Origin: Phoronis australis
Lineage: Eukaryota; Animalia; Phoronida
DNA: 64,000 nt
NCBI GenBank assembly: GCA_002633005.1
Contig: NMRA01000249.1
Span: 267,456-331,455, forward strand
Reading direction: 5' to 3'
Made by a program: the position numbers and the translations under genes. The notes under the pieces are model-generated. The model was given only the letters and a program-made list of their open reading frames with translations. It did not search any database and was not told the origin of the DNA. The first letter of the stretch is position 1. The number at the start of each line of letters is the position of its first letter. Positions 38,074 to 50,354 of the stretch are shown one piece after another.

Positions 38074-38775
38074 GGGGTCGAATTTTTGAGAATGTGGAAC
38101 TTTCACTAGGATTCAGGGGGTACCTTAAGATCTATGAATTTTGCATCTCCAAATCTTGGTAGCCGTTCCAGACCTGTCTTTCGGGGTTTAGTTTCTCTAA
38201 CCTTTTTTGCCAATTCCGCTAAATGGGGGGCTGCGTCCGTGCATGGGCGTGTCCAGCTTCATTGTTTGTTGAGACACTGAAGATCTCTGAGTTGCAGATG
38301 TTTTTGACTGATATACAGGTTATGTATTTCATGAAAGATCAAAGTCGTTTTCGTCAAAAACTAGTGCCCCAATAATTGGAGGGAGGAAAGACGCTTTAGC
38401 ATAAACGCACTCGTAACATCTTTTCANGGGGTCGAATTTTTGAGAATGTGGAACTTTCACTAGGATTCAGGGGGTACCTTAAGATCTATGAATTTTGCAT
38501 CTCCAAATCTTGGTAGCCGTTCCTGTCTTTCGGGGTTTAGTTTCTCTAACCTTTTTTGCCAATTCCGCTAAATGGGGGGCTGCGTCCGTGCATGGGCGTG
38601 TCCAGCTTCATTGTTTGTTGAGACACTGAAGATCTCTGAGTTGCAGATGTTTTTGACTGATATACAGGTTATGTGTTTCATGAAAGATCAAAGTCGTTTT
38701 CGTCAAAAACTAGTGCCCCAATAATTGGAGGGAGGAAAGACGCTTTAGCATAAACGCACTCGTAACATCTTTTCA
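38074..38775. repeat. About 350-bp direct duplication split by a single N (likely assembly artefact of two haplotypes)
   Basis: 38074-38426 vs 38428-38775 near-identical, differing by a 5-bp indel and one A/G substitution; N at 38427. Confidence 0.9.
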
Positions 38776-39072
38776 TACGGCATTCTAGTAGATCGCAAAA
38801 TAAATACTACTGCAGTCACGAGCTTACTGCGATGTCTAACAAATATTACATGTACATGTACATGTAAATGTACGTGTCCTTCTCAACACACCAAGGAAGA
38901 TAATTACCGGTCGCTCCAACAATTGAAGGATACAAGTTGAATGTAAACTACAACTTCAATGTTTCAGTTGCGGTTTAAAACATTTGCTGATTGCATTTGC
39001 AACCAAGTTTTGACGACATTTATTTCAAATGAGAGCGACTCAAACCGTTTTGCACAATTAATTTTAGGGCGA

Positions 39073-39247
39073 TGATAAAAGGCGCCTTAAAATGTATTAA
39101 TGCCGTAAAATGCAACAAGACGTTATGTGTTTGAACCGTTTCCATCCGTGTGACAAATACCATGCAAACTCATGAAATATGACGTTGGTTTCGTAAAATG
39201 TAACAGTTGTTACATTTTACGAAATTGTTATATTTTACGGCGTATCA
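39073..39247. mobile_element. 175-bp MITE with TG...CA ends and 6-bp TSD GGGCGA
   Basis: GGGCGA|TGATA...TATCA|GGGCGA; inverted CGTAAAATGTAACA subrepeats. Confidence 0.75.
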
Positions 39248-41659
39248 GGGCGACTTATGAAAGAAATCCGAGTCCGCTTGACATATGATTCACGCGAACC
39301 CCGACCGATAACCAGGCACTTGACTGCATGTGCATCAAAAACATACAACACTTAAGTCAAGTCCGCTCTTTTTTAACCGATTTAACAAGAACCATCAAAA
39401 AATTGATATATCCATTGATCAGCAAATGACTCTAGAAAGAAAATCAGACACATGTCTATACTGTAGTGTTTCACCCCAGGGCAGCGTCCGAAGTCAAAAC
39501 GTTTATGGTCAGACTGCGCCAAAAAACAATGGGTGGGAAATAAAACTGGATAGAACCAGAGCTATTTCAGATTGGGCAATACAACAAGTGGTTTCTCCTT
39601 GCGTGCCGGGTTTGAGTGTTAGTTGGTCGTCGGGAAACTCACTAAATCTACGAGGACGTCTAAAGGTCACCGTGCATCCCTTCTAGCCCTTCCTCTTGAC
39701 AAAGAGGACGTCACATTGCTGACAGTGGCAATGGGTCATCGCATGGCAAAAAATGTTATGTAAACTCAATAATGCTGTTCTTTTTTCAAAGTGAATTTGT
39801 ACTATTGAGTCACGCGTCACGTGGCTTCAAAAATGTGACCAGTCTGTATGTATTTTGAAAATGAATATCGTTGAACCTGTGTATGAGTTATATATGGAAA
39901 ATATAATATATAATATAAGCACCTGTATTTTATCAAGACACCCTTTAAATGCGTGTTTAATAGACACTAGCATATGTGCAGGGCAAACTAAGATATTTTG
40001 ATTACAAATGCGCTGTCTTATGAACACTACGTAACATTCTTGATTTACTATGAGATGAGAACAATGTCCGTTTACCCAGACAACACTGAATAATCAGCGA
40101 CTCTCGTCTCCAAATAAATGCAGTCAAAAAGAATTCCAGTCCAGACCGTTTAATGGTTTCAAGAATAAGAAGACACACAAGGCATGTATAGGCCTACCAC
40201 TGCAAGAAAGTAATAAGTCTAATTGTCTTATTATCATTCAATTCCAACACGTTAGTTGGGCGTTTTGTAAATAGAGAACCCTACGCGAGTCTCAGGTTCA
40301 TGACATGGGCAAAGCCTTTTGGAGATTTCGTCAAATATATATAAAATAAATATGAGACGAGTCTAGCATTTGCTTTCTCACATGAGCAGTAAAAACGATT
40401 TTTTTTACCGAAAACTCGACGTGTCTAAAAGTTTCCACCACGTACATGACGCATTTTTTTTAAAAACACGTTTGCGCAATGTAAAGTAATTAATTTACTT
40501 TTTGTTAATGTTAATTGTAAATTGCATTCAGCTTTCGTAGCAAATATTAAACAGTCTTTTTTACAGTTGCAATATTAAAACTTAAAAATGCTTAGGAGAA
40601 TCAGCCCGTCGTGAGCACTGAATTGATCTTGAGACAGCACAGCTGGACAGTCTCGCAGCGTTTCTTGAGTTGGGGCTCGTTTCCGTTTAAATGAACGTGG
40701 GTATGAAAATCCGCCGCCGAAGACGGGTCCGTTTAAGAAATTGTTTGCAAGTCTTTCCAGCTTGGAGTACGGGCAGTTGCGACACCCGATTTGTCTATCA
40801 TAACCTCGTTACCTTCTTGGAATTACACGTATGTCATTGATTGGTTGGCGGACAGACGATAAAATGTAACGCGTATGGATTTCTACTTTGCACTACTTTG
40901 TGATTCGCCCATCTAATATAATCAAATTGTGAACACAGTCTTATTAATCAGTCGTGTAGTAACACATTCACATGTGAGAACAACTTATCCTGAGACAGGT
41001 TATCATGAGTACCTGTTTCTACCACATCAAAACCTACTTTCAAATTATCCCGAAGCAGTGAAAAATACATGTAAATCGACAATAGAGGTGTTCATGAGTG
41101 ATCTGGTAAACATGTATCAAGATATACATGTACGTCGGGATCAGCTTACATACCACCGATGGTGTGATTACTGATGAAAGAAATGAAAAAGAAAAGAAGG
41201 TCTTTATAGTACAAGAAACTGTGTAGAAACCGGTTTTCTTGAATTAAAAATCAGAGCGTTTCTTGCCTTGAGTTCAAAACATACATGTACCTGCATGTGA
41301 AGAGACCGAATGTCAATTGCCAACTCCGCCCATTCCTCTACACATGGCTCACTACTCTAACCTGTCTTTTTTGTTGCTGGTGCTACGGTGATGCACATTA
41401 CAGTGATCATTTGAAAATATGACAGTTATACAAAATGCTAGTCTGAGCAGTATATCACGATATTGATCAATACATCCCATAGGCTAAAAATTTATGCAAA
41501 AGTGTGACTGCACCTCAAATTGAATCTAATTCGCAGCCTAAATGTTGTCAGCCAATTTAAGTTTAGTTCGTGTGTGAACTTGTCAATTCTGATTCTAGAA
41601 GACTGATGACAGCCGGCATTCAAGGAGGATAGATGTTTTTCGAAGCACTCGTTAGGCCG

Positions 41660-42445
41660 TCTGCAGGATTGTTAGAAAACCCCTCGACACTTCGACCCCC
41701 TAGACCCACAACCCCCACAGCTGGCCGGGAAAAGCTTCCATGCGCTCGACTGCACGAGCTCTGCTGTGCGGAGTCAGAGAGTGACTGCACTATTGTGCTC
41801 GTTAGCTGTCACAATGTCACATGCAACAAAACTCAAAATTCGATTTTATCACACCAAGACATGGGTTGCGCAGCACTGAAATTCGTGAGACGTTATAGTT
41901 CACAGCCGCCTAAGGTGCCACACCCATGTAATATTTTTTCAAAAGGTGCAATATACATTAAACGCCCTTAACTACAGTCACGTAACTGACATTGAATAAT
42001 TACAGTACATGTAGACGAAATCGGCAACAATGAAACATGAACCGCGAAGAAATGCCCAACGTTCAACTGAAAATTACACTGAGTTAGTCTCAGACAACAC
42101 TTCAATAGTTGTTCAGCTCTGTTTCATAACGATCTTTGATTTTCTTACGTGAATGTGCTTTTGTTTGGCTTTTTTTGCAAAAAATTGCGAGGCTAATGGT
42201 CGTCGACCTCTCTGTTCCACCACGTGACAGCAGTTGTGTTCAAGGAAAGTCAATCAGCGATGTAATAAGATTATGAAATACGTAAAAATTGCAAAAATAC
42301 CTCTATTGCCACAGGTGATGGGTCGAGGGTGTCGTGACTCGTGAGTAGGGGAGGTTGTGGGACGAGAGGGTTGTGGGTCGAGGAGATCGTGAGTCGAGGG
42401 AGTCGAGGGGTGTGGGGTCGAGAAGTTTTGGAACAATACTCTTCT
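41660..42445. mobile_element. About 800-bp foldback-type element with C-rich/G-rich subterminal repeats
   Basis: CAGGATTTGTTAGAAAACCCCTCGAC left, GTCGAGAAGTTTTGGAACAATAC right; CCCCTCGAC/GTCGAGGGG repeat blocks. Confidence 0.65.
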
Positions 42446-42572
42446 GCCCTGTGAAGCGATTGATAAAGTGAGACTGCAAGGGGCTTGTCGCATATTCAAA
42501 ATTTCGAAAAGGGGTATATAACATGCGCGCACCCAGCTCAGATCAATATGGGGGGCTCGAATTCTCGGCGCT

Positions 42573-42669
42573 GTAGACCTTTTGGTAACAAAAAAGCTAG
42601 CGAACTAAAAAAAACACGGTAGACCTTTTGGTAACAAAAAAGCTAGCGGACTAAAAAAAAAAAACACGG
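42573..42669. repeat. About 46-bp direct repeat x2
   Basis: GTAGACCTTTTGGTAACAAAAAAGCTAGCG(A/G)ACTAAAAAAAAACACGG twice. Confidence 0.9.
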
Positions 42670-45600
42670 GGCACCGCTATGAATTTCACGCGTTTGTGCT
42701 TGCTTGGTGGACTTTTGTCTCGTTTTCTCGGTATTTTTGTTTCTCGCAGGCGAGCCTTTTTGCCCCCCGAGCTCCCCCCTGGGTGAGCGCATGTATAAAA
42801 GCAAGCACTTTGATTAACCTTCCCCTGTCCCCAGACCTCTGTTTACCCAATCGAGACCATACATGCACCCTTCAATAATGATATGACCACTCTCAGGGTC
42901 CTCGACTGAATAACTGGCATTAGTTGCCTCCCACGCATGGTTTTGTATAATCTCATTTTTTTCTTGCAAGAAGCTTCTGTCCACTCACTCCGCAAGTGTG
43001 CTTGTTTTAGACCTGAGGTTGTCACCGCTCATCCACTGGCTTGTATCCATGTGAGCTAGCTACCTGACTAGTCAATTATGGAATACCTGAAAATAGGCGG
43101 CGCTTTTCTTATGCCAATGAAAACGCACGAATAATTTTGAAATTCAAGTCCCAAGTCTGAAAATTGCAAGCGGAGAGAAAGCCAGCCCACGACCATCGAG
43201 TGACAAACAGGGTCCATTGACACACAACGACATTACGCTCAGTTGCAGTGGCAACATTTGTAGGCCTAGGCTATATTGCAGATTTTACTCGACTCGACGA
43301 CTCGAGCACAATGATTACTATCAAATCCAGGTAATAGGTTTCATCAAATTCTAAGCGTAATAGCAAGACTGTTCAGCTCATACGGGAAGCAATACATGTA
43401 GCATAATCGAAATATTCCATATAAATAAATTACCTTGCCAAGGCGAACTACATGTACATGTACTCCTCTTCGAAGCAGTAAGGGAAACAGCTATTTGTCT
43501 GTCTCGAGTTGCCAAAATTTCAACGTACACAGCATTTGTTTTGATCACGCAGATTTTCATGAAAATAAAAAATAAAAGAAAAGAGTATGTACAGACAGTA
43601 GATCGACTTCATACTTACAAAAAGTTCCTAAAAGATATCAGAGAGTACATGTACATGTGCGTTTCATTGATTTTTATGCAGTTTCACGCCATTTTAAGGT
43701 GGATGATGTTCAATTTTGAAGTGATTGTCGAGTACGTTCCTCATTCAGTGCTCACTTTGGCTGTGGGTTTGTACATGCATGTAGCGTGGTGTGCGTGTTC
43801 ATTCTTCAAATACAGCACATGTAAATTCAATTGGCAGTCCTTTGTCCTTGACCAAAAAGCAGACATTTCACATCCGTGTTTTCTTGTACCGATAAAACCG
43901 GCCGATGAGAGTGTTCATATTATTCGGTAAAAGCAGGATTAAACCTAGTAAAAGGTTACATATCACTACTCTTAAGGTACACTATTTGAAAACAATGATG
44001 TTGCGACAGTTTGCTACAGTACTCTAAATGCCTGCTGATGAAGCGGAACTGACATTTATTTTCTATTTTATTTGCGTCTAATTAATAACCATTTAAAGGG
44101 TGTGAAAAACGAGTAGATCGTACATCATGTATTGCATCTTTTGCTAATGAGCTCAGTTCCAGTGCACGAGTTTCAGAGCCAAAGCAGAACAACAAATAAG
44201 GCAAACGGCTGACATGGTTGTTTTTTTAAATTAAAGGTATGTAATAGCTGACCATGATTTTTTTAAAATCAATATATTATAAGAAAAATTAGTGACTGGT
44301 TTTTCTACACCACCGTGGCTAAAACATGCGTATTTATTTACCAATCAATTAGACGGATTAGTATCAGTCTGGTTAGGCTCGCTTAAGCATTGTGGTAACA
44401 AGACTCCAAATGTTAGCGTAGGTGTTGCCTCATGAATGATTGGTTCACACTCGACTGTGCCGTATCCAATTTTCGACCTTCGCAGTCGCAGTAGCACGCC
44501 TTGCTAGCGGAAAGAGTTGTTTTTTAAGCACGATTATGATTGTTATGGGTGAAAAACGCAGTTTTTGGGGTTGTGGTTGGATGAGAATTAAGGATTTTGC
44601 CCTGACTACCGAACAAAAATCTATCCGCAGTCTCTTTTGTAATTCTATTGCAAAGTGCAATTTTCGCTGAATCTTGTGAACATTACCTGAAACAAACCGG
44701 TGACTTTAGCTGCTAAGCACCATTAAAATATACCATTTAGCTTTTGGGATTGAGCTCTGCTGCCAGTGCTTTTGAGTTCAACTAAGAAATTTTCAGGTTT
44801 ATATCCGCGCTGAGGCTGATCTCAGAAAAGTGCTTTCTTCGTCCATGTCACTTCACTTGATAAAGCTCCTGGTCTCGATTTCAGCGAATGAGTCGAGTAC
44901 CAGTACACTAAACGAGAATTTGGCAACTTGTGAAGTCACAGAAATAAAATTGATTGTGCTGTTTAATACTGTAACACTGGTCAAATCTGATGGCAGCGAA
45001 TAAAGCGTTTTTCGGCGCTAAATGTGACCTTTAAACTACGGCAACAACCTCTTGGGCACAAACAGATCATGTATATAAGTACTTGTTGTAGAATCGCCCA
45101 ATACATTACATGCAACACTTTACCTGAGACATAATCTTACATCTGCCTGCTCTCATTTACAGATGTATCATAAAAGACGTGTACATGTAAATGTAATATC
45201 CCAAAAATAACCAAACGCAATAATAAATACAGGTTTCATTAAACATTATTAGTCTTCAGTTGCACTCCAATAGACTTTCATGAAATATCAGGATGCCTCG
45301 AGGAGCTCCTTTCTGTATGATCTTTTAATAATTTTTATTAATATTTTTGTTGGTTTAAGCAGATGTTGTCGTCCCAGCTGGTATAGACAACGGCAATTTC
45401 GTTGCTTCTTTAACTTCTTGAGACTATTTGAATCTATTTCCGCTTATGGGCCATTTGCCTCGAGGTATCTACATTAAAGACACACACTCTTCTGAGCTGT
45501 TTCTGAAGAAAAAATAAGACTAGTAAAAATATCTATCAGCCATCCATTTTTCTGCGCACATGAATTGAAAAAGCTTCGCAAATGTACAGTTGCATACATG

Positions 45601-46741
45601 TAGAGTTACAATGTACATCTATAAAATGTCACCAATCTCAGCAGCATACGCACATCCCCACTATAATAATTACAGTGACATTTATTTGTGGTGGGGATTC
45701 ATTAATTAGACCATAAAATATACTTTTTGTGGTTATTGTTGGATGGTGTGGGCTTCTTGAAGATATTGTCTGTGACAACACAGCTATAGATTAACAAATT
45801 TAGAGCACATGTATTTGTTTGCAGTACTGTGGTGGAGGTAGGCGCAGGTAGGCGCAGCCAACCCCCTTTTGGCATTAGAACGTAGCGCCTACGCACCGTA
45901 AGTTACGTTCAGTGCTCAAGGTGATACGGTGGGCTTTCGGGGCCTACTAAGCTCTAATTTTGCAACTACAGCACTGTTTGTTTATTTCGAAACAAATGAC
46001 CAAGTCTGAACTTAGTGTGGCAGCCATTCGCTGTAACCAAGACCGATGTTATAGCTAACATGCCCTTAAAATATCTTGCCACTTACTAAGTAGCAAAACA
46101 CGAACTAAAAAAATTATTTCCGCCCAAGTAAAGTCACTTTAAGTTACAACGTACATGAATTTAAAGATTTCCCCTCCATTTTTACGATATTCGTTAACAC
46201 GAAAATATACATGTATACACAAAACGTAGCGAGAGTGGCATGGATGAAGTAATATCCCACGAGACATTATTCCGCTTCTATACGCGGAATAACGTATTAA
46301 TCCCATATGCTTCGAATTCCTAAGTGTCTTTCATTTTTCTTCGGAAGATTTTTAAAAAACTTCACTGAGACTGTTTACGTGGCAGATCACATCCTATATG
46401 CCAGCACATGTACTTAGGGTTACGTTAATTTTTCTCTAGCAAAAGAATCAGATTCATTACTTGAAAACAGATAACAAAGATGAAAGTAATGGACGGTTCT
46501 TGGCCATTGGACTTGTAACATTTCGTGAATATACTTAATTAACAACAATATTTGACATTGCAGCTACCGAGGAATCGGCGCCTGAGTTGCAGACTAGGTA
46601 ATTTAGCAATTTTTAAATTGAGAGAGTAGTGTCAAATTATTAACAGTTTTGTTCGAGATTTTAAATTCGGGACTTGAATGCGTCTTCGGTTTGATTTATA
46701 CTTTTGCATTTGTAATACTGTAAATTATTTTGGGAAAGTTT

Positions 46742-46815
46742 GACACGCTACCGTGGGACTCGAACCCATGGCGTTGAGTAAAGGTAACGAACGCTTATCT
46801 CACTAAGTCACATTG
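46742..46815 (-). mobile_element. tRNA-derived SINE head
   Basis: Minus strand: TGACTTAGTGAG (A box) ... ATGGGTTCGAGTCCCAC (B box/T-arm). Confidence 0.55.
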
Positions 46816-47125
46816 GAAACCAATGGTCACTTTCGGAGCGCATGTTGTCGGTAAACATCCGATGACTTGCAAGCTGCTATTGTTCCAGAAGTTGATTTTC
46901 ATAATGTTACATGTAGTTGATAAACGATACACAGCAAAAATTAATCCTGTGAAATATTTCAATTAAAACCAATTAATTGTAAGTCACTACTATCATTGAA
47001 CACCGGCCAAATAGAACGAGATTCCAGGGACAAAGGCCAATTACATAGCCAATCAGGGTGTCAATTCTTTATCCCACAACATATATACTGTAGATTATTA
47101 CCTGGTGAAGTCGTTAGAGCTCTCG

Positions 47126-47189
47126 TGGATTTTGGAGAATTATCGCCCGAGGGGAGTCAGCCCCGAAAGCGATAATTCTCCAAAATCCA
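47126..47189. repeat. Perfect 21-bp inverted repeat (hairpin) inside a larger foldback
   Basis: TGGATTTTGGAGAATTATCGC-22 nt-GCGATAATTCTCCAAAATCCA. Confidence 0.9.
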
Positions 47190-47782
47190 TGATGGCTTTG
47201 AATAAGGGGGACAACGACTGAGAACATATAACAATCTATTTATACCAAATACTGAACGAGAAACATTGCAATGAATCGATCTACCTTTCTGGACTCGCCT
47301 CGGCTTTGTAACTACTTTCTACATTTGTATGTCAGAGGCACGGGGTCGGAGGTCGTGACCTTTTAAGAAAAGCCGAGCTATTTTTGTAAAATAATGCTGT
47401 TACTCAATGCAATTGAAAATTTAAACAAAATAGAAATTGAGTGAATCTATAAATTAAGGTTTAGAAACTCTTATAGCTTACTACACATTTTATCACGCCA
47501 AGGTTCAACAGGGAAAATATCGTCTGCTAAAGTAGGTTACCACTGGTAACTTAGTATACACTGTAGTGCTCAAGCCAAAGGATCCTGATGACACGATATC
47601 CGCATTCAAATTGGAGATCGATGATTTACAAGTGAGAGAACAAGAGAGAAAAAATTCAATTAATTAAAATATTATTTTTTCATAGCGTAGTCTCTAAATG
47701 TCGGTACAATGCCTTTCGTTGAACATGCGATTGTTGCGCGTGCTCATATAAGTATTCTATTTTCATGTTCGATGTTGTCAGC

Positions 47783-47858
47783 TGCTGAGTGGTGTAGTGG
47801 TAAAGTCGACGACTCGACACTCCTGCGGCCGGGTTCGAAACCGGCCTGCGTTCCCGCC
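47783..47858 (+). mobile_element. tRNA-derived SINE head or tRNA pseudogene
   Basis: A box TGGTGTAGTGG and B box GGTTCGAAACC at tRNA spacing, T-stem GCCGG/CCGGC, but no proper acceptor/anticodon stems. Confidence 0.6.
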
Positions 47859-48149
47859 AAAATGTTATCTCACTAGTGAGATAATGGAATATTACACGGT
47901 TGTATTGGCCATTTGAGGCTAATACTGTGGTATAATTACACGTTATGTAGCGTAAATTCTTTATCAAGAGCTGCTTTTCTATTTTATTTTATTTAGTGAG
48001 AACTCTGCTGCAGCATTTTATTGCCAAGTCATCATAGCCCGCACACTTAAGGTGAGTTTGTTTGCTCTCCACTTGAAGCCGCGGAGACGTGTTCATATAA
48101 ATCTCATTATATAATTCGACAATATAACTTCAAGCAGTCACCGAATATT

Positions 48150-48384
48150 CAGTGGCGGACTTAGGTGATGGGGGGGCAAGGTGGCCATGGCCCCCTAAAA
48201 ATTTCCCACATACCATTTGGGGGGAGGCGAAACTTCGTTTGCCGTTCTTTTTTTTGTAATGTGGTCCACAAACCCACATATTCGAGACCCTTTCATCCCT
48301 ATATTTTAGGCTGGGCGCGCATGTGGCGAAATTGTGGTATTCCTGCGCCCTGTCCCCCAACTCAAAATCCTGGATCCGCCCCTG
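48150..48384. mobile_element. GC-rich CAGTGGCGGA...TCCGCCCCTG MITE with 5-bp TSD ATATT
   Basis: ATATT|CAGTGGCGGAC...GGATCCGCCCCTG|ATATT. Confidence 0.8.
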
Positions 48385-48892
48385 ATATTCACTTCAGTTT
48401 TGACCAACATTTTGCTGAGATACCCTAATAAGGTCAAGAGCTCACATACAAAGCATTTGCTTGTCGCAAGGGTGGATCTGAAGGAATTTAACATGGGCGG
48501 CGCACCATTGGGGGCCATAGCCCCCCACTTTTTCCAAGCTACGCCGCACATGGTCTATAGGGGGTGCACCACAGGGGGCTCAGGGGGCTTTAGTCCCCCA
48601 CACTTTTTTCAGACCTGCACCTCTCATGTTAAACAGACGTTTCCTCAGTTGCAAAAACATGGTCCACGCACCAATAGCCTGCTTCATCAGCTGGTATAGC
48701 CGGGTTACTACGCTATATGGAGCTTACAAGTCAAGGCCTTTGCATGTGACACACGCGTGACCAGGAAGTCAATTGCAATACTGATTCTCGTATAATTAAT
48801 TCATGGAAAAGATTATTAATTTTCGAAGCCAAAAGGCACACACATTGGCATGTGTATCGGTAGATATGTATCAACGTAGGCCAGTCTTTGTG

Positions 48893-48927
48893 TATATAAG
48901 GATTCCCATTTTGACAGCAGAACAGTT
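48893..48927 (+). promoter_or_regulatory. TATA box and initiator-like site of gene 2
   Basis: TATATAAG at 48893-48900, CAGTT about 30 nt downstream, ATG at 48979. Confidence 0.55.
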
Positions 48928-48978
48928 GCTCTCTTTCACTTCAAACAGCGGTACTAGAACCTACAGTTGAGAAAAGAA

Positions 48979-49008
48979 ATGGACACACTGTTGATCTTCT
49001 GCATTCTG
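48979..49008 (+). CDS. Gene 2 exon 1 (MDTLLIFCIL, start of probable signal peptide)
   Basis: AAATGG start context, hydrophobic decapeptide, CTG|GTATGT donor; phase 0 joins exon at 50170. Confidence 0.6.
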
Positions 49009-49851
49009 GTATGTATTGGTTATGCTCGTCATATGAACTGTATTCTGGTATATAAAACTTCAGCTGTTTACAAACTATAAAGTCAACTGACAAGTTCAGA
49101 AATTGAAGAAATTGCCTCTAAAATTCAAAAAATAGGAAATTTTAAAATGACAAAGTATTCCTTCGCAATGCCGGTTGATGCAAGTAGGGTTGTTTTTGTA
49201 TAATGAACACTGGCAAAAACTAGTATTTTCTCAGCAATAATTGTATGTTAAATGATGCTGTGATACTTTGTACCTTGAACAGGAAATATAGGCAGTTTTG
49301 TACAGTGCGCATGTGCAATGTACGTAGGTGACATCTCTCGTGTGTTGTAATGTATCTAAACATTACTGCACGAGAAAATCGGGTAAAAGTTGAAGCATGA
49401 CATATCATAGATTTTTTGGCATGTACCTTATTTGTACACCTAGGAAGTATGATTAATTAGTTGGCTATTTTAAGATTTAAAAATTATGTCGGTATCTCTG
49501 AAATTGGTCCTGTTGCATTATGGGGATAGAATCTGAAGGTCAGAATGTCAATTTTAGCCATCTTCAAACTGCCGCCAAATACCAGTACAAGAAAACCGTT
49601 TACCGTTTCTACCATAATTGTTTCTATCCTATTTTTAATAGGATGTAAAATCATTAATCTAAACTCAGTTGCAATTCCTTCATTTCATAGGTGTTAATCG
49701 AGCGCGTGTGGGTGCGTGGGGGCTCATGTGAATTCGAAATTCTATTTGTGAAATATGATGATCCAAATCAGACAAATGAGGACACGTTTTCAGGGTCTAG
49801 CTAATACTTACATGTACAACAGACTGGTCAGTGATACATAATGTCAAACAT

Positions 49852-50099
49852 GACCCGTTCCAAAAAAATTGACTTAAGTTCGTTTTCGAATTAAGTCCCA
49901 ATATTTGTCTTAACTTCCGTACTTTGAAACTTCCACATCCGAGAAAATAACTAAAATTAAGACAAAACTTATATCAAAAACTTAATTCAAACTTAAGATC
50001 TCTTTCTTGAAACGGTATCGAGACAAATTTAAGTTTCACCTTAAAATTCAACGAAACTTAAGATTTGTCTTAACTAAATCAGTTTTGTTGGAACGGGCC
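49852..50099. mobile_element. Harbinger-like MITE with CTTAA subrepeats in gene 2 intron 1
   Basis: GACCCGTTCCAAAAAAATTGACTTAAG vs reverse complement GGCCCGTTCCAACAAAACTGATTTAG. Confidence 0.65.
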
Positions 50100-50169
50100 C
50101 CTGAGCTGCAAGAATACTTGTTAGCACGCATGCTGCAAGTAGTGAGGATCTTCATTTTCTTGCCTTCAG

Positions 50170-50354
50170 GATGTTGCGTTTGGTGTTTCGGCGGAATTAG
50201 GGTCTCCAACTCTAGCAGCCAATGCAGTATATGATGGAAACCGCAAGGAGGATCCCCTGGTTTACTATGAAGGCAACAACACCTTTAAGGCAGAAGTCAA
50301 CTTTTCCGTCAGCAATCCGCTTCCAAAATCAGCAACGCTCACCTTGAAATGCAG
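50170..50354 (+). CDS. Gene 2 exon 2 (DVAFGVSAELGSPTLAANAVYDGNRKEDPLVYYEGNNTFKAEVNFSVSNPLPKSATLTLKCR)
   Basis: CCTTCAG acceptor, open frame, AG|GTAAAA donor, phase 2 matches exon at 57671. Confidence 0.72.

Noticed and set aside
47783-47858. Functional tRNA gene
   Set aside because: A/B boxes present but acceptor and anticodon stems do not pair; treated as SINE head/pseudogene.
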